DNA of 64,000 nt from NCBI GenBank assembly GCA_002436025.1, contig DIXM01000002.1, positions 245,659-309,658 of the forward strand. The letters are read 5' to 3'. The notes below the pieces were generated by a model, which worked only from the letters and a program-made list of their open reading frames with translations, ran no database searches and was not told the origin of the DNA. Every line of letters begins with the position of its first letter. Position 1 is the first letter of the stretch. Position numbers and translations under genes: made by a program. Positions 46,709 through 54,304 of this stretch are shown here, in pieces. This stretch comes from a candidate division Hyd24-12 bacterium UBA6080. Its GTDB lineage: Bacteria; Fermentibacterota; Fermentibacteria; Fermentibacterales; JCC-6.

Positions 46709-47083
46709 ATGCGTCACAGAAAAACGACACCCAAGCTTGGCCGCACCAGGGAAGCCCGGGTACGAATGCTCAGGAACCTGGTCACCTCGCTTATCATTGA
46801 GGAAAGGGTGACTACAAGCCTGGCAAGGGCAAAGGTCGCCCGGAGCCTCGCGGAACGGATCATCACCAAGGGCAGGACCGACACCGTGCACTCCCGCAGG
46901 CAGGTCGCGGGTATGGTTTACGGCAGCGATGCCGTGAAAAAGGTCTTCAACGAACTCGGTCCCAGGTTCACGACCCGTCCCGGTGGCTACACCAGGATAC
47001 TTCGACTCGGCCCACGGGCGGGAGACGCCGCCGAAGCAGTGATACTGGAATTGGTGGACGCTCCCGCAGTGGAAAAGAAGTGA
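46709..47083 (+). CDS. rplQ: 50S ribosomal protein L17
   Basis: MRHRKTTPKLGRTREARVRMLRNL. Confidence 0.92.
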   Translation: MRHRKTTPKLGRTREARVRMLRNLVTSLIIEERVTTSLARAKVARSLAERIITKGRTDTVHSRRQVAGMVYGSDAVKKVFNELGPRFTTRPGGYTRILRLGPRAGDAAEAVILELVDAPAVEKK

Positions 47084-48042
47084 GAAGGATAGCCGTTCTT
47101 TCCTCGGGCGGCGACGCCCCGGGAATGAACGCCGGAATAAGGGCCACGGTCAGGGCTTCCCTGAGCCGTGGCCTTTCCGCGTACGGCGTTTACCGGGGTT
47201 ACGAAGGCCTCATAGACGACAATATGCGCCTTCTGGAATCGCGTGATGTTTCCAACATCCTTCAGCACGGCGGAACGATCCTTCATTCCGCGAGAAGCGA
47301 TCGCTTCATGACGCCCGAAGGCCGGGCGGCGGCGGCAGCGAACCTCGCGAAGCGCGGGATCGACGGTCTTGTTGTCCTGGGCGGCGACGGCAGCTTCAGG
47401 GGAGCCCACGATCTCAGCGTGGAACACGGTGTAAACGTGGTCGGGGTGCCGGCCACGATAGACAACGACATCTGGGGGTCGGATTTCACAATAGGCTACG
47501 ACACGGCGGTCAACACCGCACTTTCGGCGCTTGACAAGGTTCGCGACACCGCTGCGGCCCACGACAGGCTTTTCATAGTTGAGGTCATGGGCAGGCATGC
47601 GGGCTTCATAGCACTTGAGGTTGCCATCGGCGGCGGCGCCGAAGCCGTGTTCATCCCCGAAACGCCCAGCGACATCCCCGGGATCTGCGACAAGGTCAGG
47701 GAAAGGGTTGCCCTTGGCCGGACCTCCAACATCCTCGTTGTCGCCGAGGGCGACGAGGAGGGGAACGCCTACGCAATTGCGAAGAAGATCGAGGACCTGT
47801 CCGGTCTGAAAAGCCGGGTAACGGTCCTGGGCCATGTTCAAAGGGGGGGGAGCCCCACCACCAGCGACAGGGTCCTTGCAACCAAGCTGGGATGGGCGGC
47901 CGTTGATGCCCTTCTGGAAGGCAATGCGCCCTGCATGGTGGGTGTGGAGAACGGAAACATCTCGCACCACTATCTTCCCGATACCTGGCAGAACAAAAAA
48001 CAGCTCGACACTCTCCTGCTTCAGATCATCCAGGACATTTAG
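47080..48042 (+). CDS. pfkA: ATP-dependent 6-phosphofructokinase
   Basis: GTGA overlap with rplQ. IAVLSSGGDAPGMNAGIRA, GGDGS, MGRHAGFIAL motifs. Confidence 0.88.
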   Translation: MRRIAVLSSGGDAPGMNAGIRATVRASLSRGLSAYGVYRGYEGLIDDNMRLLESRDVSNILQHGGTILHSARSDRFMTPEGRAAAAANLAKRGIDGLVVLGGDGSFRGAHDLSVEHGVNVVGVPATIDNDIWGSDFTIGYDTAVNTALSALDKVRDTAAAHDRLFIVEVMGRHAGFIALEVAIGGGAEAVFIPETPSDIPGICDKVRERVALGRTSNILVVAEGDEEGNAYAIAKKIEDLSGLKSRVTVLGHVQRGGSPTTSDRVLATKLGWAAVDALLEGNAPCMVGVENGNISHHYLPDTWQNKKQLDTLLLQIIQDI

Positions 48043-48044
48043 CC

Positions 48045-48506
48045 TTGCTCGGGGTGCTCTGCTACCTGAAGCGCGACGGCCATACCCTCATGATACACCG
48101 CAACCGGAAACCCGGCGACGTTCACGGTGGGAAATGGAACACGCTTGGCGGCAAGATGGAGCCCGGCGAAACCCCCGAAGAGTGCGCCGCAAGGGAAGTC
48201 AGGGAGGAAAGCGGCCTCGTGGTACAGAACCCCAGGCTGCGGGGGGTCATAACCTTCCCCGAGTTCGCGGACGAGCAGGACTGGTTCGTCTTTGTCTTCA
48301 CCTGCACCGAATTCACCGGAGAACTTTTGAAAGAGTGCCCCGAAGGCACGATCCACTGGGTGAACGACGAAGACCTGTCCTCCCTGTCACTCTGGGAGGG
48401 CGACCATATCTTCATGAAGTGGCTGGACTCAGAGAAGTTCTGGAGCGCCAGGTTCGCTTACGGACCGGAGGGGCTCAGGAACCACTCGGTGGTCTTTCAC
48501 GGGTAA
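48045..48506 (+). CDS. NUDIX hydrolase (MutT-like)
   Basis: Nudix box GGKMEPGETPEECAAREVREESGL. Confidence 0.8.
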   Translation: MLGVLCYLKRDGHTLMIHRNRKPGDVHGGKWNTLGGKMEPGETPEECAAREVREESGLVVQNPRLRGVITFPEFADEQDWFVFVFTCTEFTGELLKECPEGTIHWVNDEDLSSLSLWEGDHIFMKWLDSEKFWSARFAYGPEGLRNHSVVFHG

Positions 48507-48535
48507 GACCCGTAGAACCGTCCCAAAGAAGGAAA

Positions 48536-49231
48536 CTACATTTTATCCTTGCCTCCACCTATGAACCGATAGATCACGGCCCCCAGCATTGCCCCGACTA
48601 ACGGCGCAACCCAGAAGAGCCAGAGCTGTTCGACCGCCCATCCTCCGACGAACAGGGCAACTCCTGTGCTGCGGGCGGGGTTCACTGAGGTGTTCGTGAC
48701 CGGAATGCTTATCAGATGGATCAGGGTGAGGCAAAGACCTATGGCGATTGGCGCAAGTCCTTTGGGCGCCCTGTTGTCGGTGGCCCCGAGTATCACGACA
48801 AGGAACATCATTGTCATGACCACTTCAGTCACAAGCGCCGCAAGAAGGGTGTACCCTCCCGGTGAGTGGGCGCCGTAACCGTTCGAGGCGAACCCGGCGG
48901 AAACGTCGAAACCCGCCTTTCCGCTCGCGATGAGGAAGAGCACGCCGCCAGCGGCTATGCCGCCCAGCACCTGGAAAAGGATGTAGGGGAACAGGTCTTT
49001 TGCCTTGAAGCGTCCGCCTGCCCATAGACCAAGCGACACCGCAGGGTTGAGATGGCACCCGGAGATGTGACCTATTGCGAATGCCATGGTCAGAACGGTG
49101 AGGCCGAACGCAAGCGACACGCCAAGCAGACCAATCCCAAGGCCGGGAAACGCGGCCGCCAGAACGGCACTGCCGCAACCGCCAAGAACAAGCCAGAAGG
49201 TTCCGAAGAACTCAGCGACATACTTTCTCAT
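48536..49231 (-). CDS. aqpZ: Aquaporin Z / MIP-family channel
   Basis: Two NPA motifs (NPAVSLG, NPARS). N-terminus [23 protein letters not shown] matches AqpZ. Start at the internal ATG. Confidence 0.88.
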   Translation of the reverse strand: MRKYVAEFFGTFWLVLGGCGSAVLAAAFPGLGIGLLGVSLAFGLTVLTMAFAIGHISGCHLNPAVSLGLWAGGRFKAKDLFPYILFQVLGGIAAGGVLFLIASGKAGFDVSAGFASNGYGAHSPGGYTLLAALVTEVVMTMMFLVVILGATDNRAPKGLAPIAIGLCLTLIHLISIPVTNTSVNPARSTGVALFVGGWAVEQLWLFWVAPLVGAMLGAVIYRFIGGGKDKM

Positions 49232-49343
49232 GGCTCCCCCTTTCATTCATGATCGTGACAAAGAATCCGATTCATGTTGATAACAGCATGGCAGGGCTCC
49301 GTACACGCAACTAGACCATGAGGGCGGACGGAACAAGTTTTCC

Positions 49344-49835
49344 TCAGAGCATCTTCTGCATCCATACCGTGTCGAATTCGCGCCCCATCTTCATTCCCAC
49401 GTTCCTGAAACGGCCGCACTCAACGAACCCGTTCTTCAGGTGAAAGTTCACGCTTCCGGGGTTCAGTGAAGAGATGCTGGCAAGGATCGTGATGATACCC
49501 CTTTCAGCTGCTCCGCGTTCGAGATGTGCCAGAAGCAGTTTTCCCAGCCCCTTCCCCGTGTGGTCAGGGTGGATGAAATAAGCCGCCTCGGCGGTTCGGG
49601 TGAATGCGGGCATCGGGTTGTGCGCCCGCAGCATTGCGAATCCCACGACGCTGCCCTGTCGATCCCTCACGGCTGCGGTGGGGTAGCCCTTCGACATCTG
49701 AAGCAGCATGTCGAATGCCTGGTCGGGCAGCCTGGTCTCGGGGTAGGCTGCGAACGAGTTCTCGATGTAGTGGTTGAAAATCTCCATGACCGCTATGCGG
49801 TCTTCAGGTTTCAGCGGTCCGATGGAATACTCCAT
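49344..49835 (-). CDS. GNAT family N-acetyltransferase
   Basis: 163 aa, acetyl-CoA binding motif ..GKGLGKLLL.. Confidence 0.75.
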   Translation of the reverse strand: MEYSIGPLKPEDRIAVMEIFNHYIENSFAAYPETRLPDQAFDMLLQMSKGYPTAAVRDRQGSVVGFAMLRAHNPMPAFTRTAEAAYFIHPDHTGKGLGKLLLAHLERGAAERGIITILASISSLNPGSVNFHLKNGFVECGRFRNVGMKMGREFDTVWMQKML

Positions 49836-49851
49836 GATTACTGCTTCCTTT

Positions 49852-51060
49852 CTACAATCCCCGAATGAGCGTTTCGAGCGCCAGTGCTATCTCAATAACC
49901 TTCGCGCAGTCAACTATTCCCGGATTGTCCTTATCAGTGTGCGTAACGTCCTGTGTGTCCATGTTCGTTATCAGCCACATTGAAGAGACCGCCAGCGCCG
50001 GGCACCCCATCTGAACGAAAATGCTGTGGTCGCCCTGTGGCCACTGTGGACCCTCCCCGATGCCGGGAAAGAGCTCAAGTACATGGCTCGCCAGATCCAT
50101 GACAGGCTTTGGCAGACCGAAGAAGGAAAAGGAGCTCAATCCATCCCGGTAGCCTGCGCCGTCTATGTTGATGTTGAGAAGCATGTCTCCGAACCTGTCC
50201 CGGTTCATCCCAATGTACTGCATCTGACCGGGAACGGCGTAATAGTCTTCGCCGTTCAGGGCGACCAGTTCGATCAGCCTTTCTCCATGATAGTCCGCAA
50301 GCAGTTCCGACAGAAGAAGCAGAACCGCCACGCCAGTGGCATTGTCAATGGCGCCTGGCGTCCCTTTTTTCGCGTCTATGTGGGCTGTTACAACGACCCT
50401 TTTCCCCCGGGAGGCGCCTCTGGAGGCAATGACATTGAAAGCCTTTTCAGGTATTCGGACCGCCCGGGATTCGAGCCTGGCCATCCCACCGGTCTGGGGC
50501 AGCAGCCGTGCGCCTTCCTCCTCTGTCATGTACACCGACGGGATGTCGAAATCACCGTCCTCTATGAGCGGAAATGGGTAAACCCCGCCCGCAAGCGATG
50601 AGTTTCTGCCCGTGGCGCAAACGATTGCGGCGGGTTGCTTTTCTTCGAGGGTGTCTATCAAGGCCCTGTGGTGGTCTGGATTGTAGAAGACGAAGTTTTT
50701 GGGCATGATCTGCTCACGCGCCAGCCCGCCGTAGAGGAGCAGCACCTTTCCGAGTGCCTCGGATGCCCTCAGTTCCTCCAGGGAAGAAGTGCAAACCAGG
50801 GGCGCTTCGACAGAACAACCAAGGCTGTATGGGCTGGCATTCACGGTAAACGCTTCGCCGGCCACCGAAAGCGTGCTCTTTCCCACGCTCCAACCCATCA
50901 CATCCATTTCGTGTGATTCCGTCAGCCAGCCGAACCGCCGGGTTTCGTCCTCGAAGAATGATGTGGCCATCCTGTTGCCCGGGCTTCCCACGCAACGCTC
51001 CGGAATAGCCCTGCACAGCTGCTCAAGTATGCGTGAGCACCTTTTCTCACCGTGTTCCAT
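49852..51060 (-). CDS. M28-family zinc peptidase (aminopeptidase-like)
   Basis: GGAGG RBS. TAHIDAKKGTPGAIDNATGVAVLLLLSE and GDHS metal-ligand blocks. Confidence 0.75.
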   Translation of the reverse strand: MEHGEKRCSRILEQLCRAIPERCVGSPGNRMATSFFEDETRRFGWLTESHEMDVMGWSVGKSTLSVAGEAFTVNASPYSLGCSVEAPLVCTSSLEELRASEALGKVLLLYGGLAREQIMPKNFVFYNPDHHRALIDTLEEKQPAAIVCATGRNSSLAGGVYPFPLIEDGDFDIPSVYMTEEEGARLLPQTGGMARLESRAVRIPEKAFNVIASRGASRGKRVVVTAHIDAKKGTPGAIDNATGVAVLLLLSELLADYHGERLIELVALNGEDYYAVPGQMQYIGMNRDRFGDMLLNINIDGAGYRDGLSSFSFFGLPKPVMDLASHVLELFPGIGEGPQWPQGDHSIFVQMGCPALAVSSMWLITNMDTQDVTHTDKDNPGIVDCAKVIEIALALETLIRGL

Positions 51061-51081
51061 GCCGACCTCCGTGGCTTTCCT

Positions 51082-52347
51082 TCAGTCCGGCTGATTATCG
51101 TCCTCGAACTCGGGGTAGTGTAACTTTCGGCAATCCGGACAGATGCCATGGCTGAACTCGGCCTGGGAGTGGGTTTGAATGTAGCTTTCGATCTGATTCC
51201 AATAGCCCATGTCATCACGCACCTTCTTGCAGACTGAACAGATCGGCATCAGTCCACTGAGGATCTTTACGGTCTGAAGGGCTTTCTCACGCTCTGAAAC
51301 GAGCCGTTCGCGCTCCTCCTCGATCCTCTTGCGCTCGGAAATATCATTCACGCTGGACAGAACGCACATTTCGCCGTTCACCCTCATGATCTCAGCCGAG
51401 AAAAGGCCCGTAAAAGTCTCGCCGGACTTCTTCGTGAAGATGTACTCCATGCCGGATACGCTTTGGTTTCCCGCAAGCTGCTTCACTACCATTTCCCTGT
51501 CCTTCGGCTCGGCCCAGAGGGTCAGTTCAACGGTCGTCCTTCCAATGACTTCGTCCGGGCTGAAACCCGTGATCCTTTCGAAGCCCCGGTTGACCTCAAA
51601 GATGGCACCGTCAGTCATGCGGCTGAGAATAATTGCGTAAGGAGAGGAGTGGAATGCCGCCGAGAACCTGGCCTCCTGCATCCCGATCGTGCTTATCAGC
51701 CTGCGGTTGACCATCAGACCCATGGAATAGGTGAGCAGCACGAAGAGAAGTTGAAGAACCATGTGAAACGCTGCTTCCGCGTTGCCAGAGTTCAGGTAGT
51801 TGCCGGCCTGAAGTGGATTTGTCGCCAGCCATACGGCTCGGATGGCAAAGACCAGCGTGTAAAGGAAAAACGCCAGCCCCACCCATGAAGTGAAGTGGCG
51901 CATCGCAGCGTTTGCCGGGCGAAGCATCAGGAGCGCGCACTGAAAACAGATCACGAGAAGCGCGACCGTCAAGTTGAGGGAGCGAAGCGTGAGGTCGGGC
52001 GAGACCATTGAGAAGTAGGCGTGAACAACTATGGCAAGCCCGAGATAAACCAGGTTGCCCGTCCGGGGGATCCTCTGTCCGACAAACCGGGAAAGACCCT
52101 CCAGCCCCAGGAACGAGCCGCTGATAATAAGTATGTTGGCGAACAGTACCGATGCCCAGTCGGGAATCGAGCCCCGAAGAAGGATCAGAAAAAGCCCCGT
52201 GGTCTGCAGCAGGAAGTCCAGCGCCCAGAGGGACAGCCCGTCGAACTGCTTACGGTTCTGACGCCATAGTGCTGCCATCACCATTGCACAGATGGTGTTG
52301 ACCAGTACTCCGCCGATTACGACCGTCTGCAGGTCAAGTGAGTGCAT
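51082..52347 (-). CDS. Membrane sensor: 7-TM N-terminal domain + PAS + C-terminal Cys/His-rich domain
   Basis: About 7 hydrophobic helices in the first 220 aa. A PAS fold (…RFSAAFHSSPYAIILSRMTDGAIFEVNRGFERITGFSPDEVIG…). The C-terminus is ICSVCKKVRDDMGYWNQIESYIQTHSQAEFSHGICPDCRK. Confidence 0.65.
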   Translation of the reverse strand: MHSLDLQTVVIGGVLVNTICAMVMAALWRQNRKQFDGLSLWALDFLLQTTGLFLILLRGSIPDWASVLFANILIISGSFLGLEGLSRFVGQRIPRTGNLVYLGLAIVVHAYFSMVSPDLTLRSLNLTVALLVICFQCALLMLRPANAAMRHFTSWVGLAFFLYTLVFAIRAVWLATNPLQAGNYLNSGNAEAAFHMVLQLLFVLLTYSMGLMVNRRLISTIGMQEARFSAAFHSSPYAIILSRMTDGAIFEVNRGFERITGFSPDEVIGRTTVELTLWAEPKDREMVVKQLAGNQSVSGMEYIFTKKSGETFTGLFSAEIMRVNGEMCVLSSVNDISERKRIEEERERLVSEREKALQTVKILSGLMPICSVCKKVRDDMGYWNQIESYIQTHSQAEFSHGICPDCRKLHYPEFEDDNQPD

Positions 52348-52487
52348 CGCGTCCGTTTCTGCCGGGAGATCAGTTCAGTGTAAAAAGCGTAAGGAATATG
52401 CATGAGCACGAATGGACAATGACGGCATCAGTTCATAACCCTTTCCGAGCAACGATCCGCAGGATACTGCATCAGCACTGTCTTGTC

Positions 52488-52895
52488 CTACCGGGTCCAG
52501 GGTCCCGACAGGGAAAGCCCCTCCCTGTTCACGGATACATAGATGATCTCTGATACCAGCTCGCTTTCCTCGCTGTAGAAGGTCCTGTCGAAACGGAAAT
52601 GCACGGTGTAGCCCCCCATCTCCTCGTAACCCTGTTCGTGGGTCGTCCGCATGGAGGAGAGAGGAAAACCGCTGAGTGCGGAAAGCTCGTCTGCGCTCAG
52701 GACGTGTGTTTTTCCAAAGGCGTTGATGGTGAAAGAGCTCCACACTCCTGATCCCACTGTGGCGCTGATGGAGATGTCCCCAGCCTCGGGAGTCCCCGCG
52801 ACCTGAACTGAAGCCGAGGTCCAGTCGAGGAATTCCTCCTCGGAGGCGAAAGTCACGCCCACCAGAAGCAACAGTGTCACAGCAAGCCTTTTCAT
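52488..52895 (-). CDS. Hypothetical secreted protein
   Basis: Signal peptide MKRLAVTLLLLVGVTFA. Last gene of a three-gene minus-strand operon with 4-nt overlaps. Confidence 0.5.
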   Translation of the reverse strand: MKRLAVTLLLLVGVTFASEEEFLDWTSASVQVAGTPEAGDISISATVGSGVWSSFTINAFGKTHVLSADELSALSGFPLSSMRTTHEQGYEEMGGYTVHFRFDRTFYSEESELVSEIIYVSVNREGLSLSGPWTR

Positions 52896-53365
52896 GTTAC
52901 CCTTTCCGGATTGGTCGGCAAGGACATCCCTGCGGACAGATCTTCGGTTGCAGTTATCGTTCCCCCCGCAAGCTCGACACCCAGAACTGTTTTGAACGCA
53001 GTTGGTTCCTGATACCCCATGTGGACATAGCGGCCAGGTATGAGGTCTTTCGCAAGCGTGAGCCTTCCCGTGAAGGGCACGCTTATGGCAAGCCCCGGGT
53101 AGGTTGCCCTGAACTCCTCCATGGTGGGTTCGACCCCCCCTATGGGCAGGTACCGTCCGTTCCTTTCCCTGAGCGTGAGCTGCCGGAGCAGAAGCTCCTG
53201 ATTCGTAAGCTCATAGGTGCAGTAGTATCCGCGGTAGCAGCCCGTGTGCATCATTTCGGGTTCCATGCCGAACTGCCCGGGAGTTGCCAGCTCTCCGGGA
53301 GTCATGCCTATCAGGGAATACTCTTCATTCCGGTATAGAAAGGTGTCGGATATCTGGGCAGTCAA
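52892..53365 (-). CDS. Hypothetical protein
   Basis: 157 aa. ATGA-coupled on both sides. Confidence 0.45.
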   Translation of the reverse strand: MTAQISDTFLYRNEEYSLIGMTPGELATPGQFGMEPEMMHTGCYRGYYCTYELTNQELLLRQLTLRERNGRYLPIGGVEPTMEEFRATYPGLAISVPFTGRLTLAKDLIPGRYVHMGYQEPTAFKTVLGVELAGGTITATEDLSAGMSLPTNPERVT

Positions 53366-53667
53366 ACTGACTCCATTCCGGCCTCTCTCAGCAGGTCGTC
53401 CGACTCCTGTTTCGAAAGCCTCATCAGGTATTCGTCATCCTCACTGCCGTTAACGAGGAAGACGTAGTCGGTCCGGTAGAGGAAGAAAGCACCGCATTCC
53501 GGACACTGCTTAAGGATACGTTTCCTGCTGCTGCAGGGTTCATAGTCGAACACATCGGTCAACCTTGAAAAAGCCGCAGGAAGGTATGTGTTGTTATCTG
53601 AACCGAACTTCTGTTCAGCATGCTCCCTGTCGGAAAGCCCTGAGCATGTCTCGCAGCTGTTTGCCAC
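53362..53667 (-). CDS. Hypothetical zinc-ribbon protein
   Basis: CETC...CPECG pairs of CxxC. First gene of the three-gene operon. Confidence 0.45.
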   Translation of the reverse strand: MANSCETCSGLSDREHAEQKFGSDNNTYLPAAFSRLTDVFDYEPCSSRKRILKQCPECGAFFLYRTDYVFLVNGSEDDEYLMRLSKQESDDLLREAGMESV

Positions 53668-53856
53668 TTTAATCCCCAGCTTCTTCCGGCTTGCAGAAAA
53701 CCCGGACGGGTTTCATGTTCCTCTCCAGGTCAACGATGCCACGGTGGAATATGGTTACTATTGTGGCAGCGATGGAAGTATGAGTTAGATTGTTGTGGTA
53801 CAACGATTTGTCGCAGCAAACTAATCTATCTAAGTCCGTCCCCTAAGGAGGGTGAT

Positions 53857-54258
53857 ATGGGAATGATGAAGGAGTTCAGGGCGTTCGCGATGCGGGGGAA
53901 CGTGATGGACATGGCGGTGGGCATCATCATCGGCGCGGCGTTCGGGAAGATAATCGCGTCGCTGGTGGCCGACGTGATAATGCCTCCGATAGGGCTGCTG
54001 GTCGGAGGGGTGAACTTCACCGATCTTTCGGTAGTCCTCAGGGAGGCGGTGGGCGAGACCGCCGCGGTGACCCTGAACTACGGTGTTTTCATCCAGACGC
54101 TTCTCGACTTCGTGATCGTGGCATTCGCCATCTTCCTGATGATCAGGGGGATGAACACTCTGTCCAGGAAGAGGGCCCAGGCGCCCGCTGCCCCCCCCGC
54201 GCCTTCTGCGGAAGAGGTTCTTCTGGGGGAGATCAGGGACCTTCTGAAGCAGAAGTAG
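53857..54258 (+). CDS. mscL: Large-conductance mechanosensitive channel
   Basis: [55 protein letters not shown] closely matches MscL. Confidence 0.9.
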   Translation: MGMMKEFRAFAMRGNVMDMAVGIIIGAAFGKIIASLVADVIMPPIGLLVGGVNFTDLSVVLREAVGETAAVTLNYGVFIQTLLDFVIVAFAIFLMIRGMNTLSRKRAQAPAAPPAPSAEEVLLGEIRDLLKQK

Positions 54259-54304
54259 GGGCTGTCCCCTTTCAGCCCGGAAGGTCTTGGGCTATCTTTC
54301 TGGC

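Noticed and set aside
52375-52743. 122-aa minus-strand ORF between the sensor gene and the secreted-protein gene
   Set aside because: It overlaps the better-supported secreted-protein gene (52488..52895) in another frame. The translation is Arg/Gly-rich with no start context.
53700-53856. Imperfect palindrome (TTAGATTGTTGTGGTACAACG…CTAATCTATCTAA) upstream of mscL as an operator
   Set aside because: The arms are imperfect, and there is no second copy or cognate regulator in the window. Mentioned only as a possible operator. It is too weak to call.
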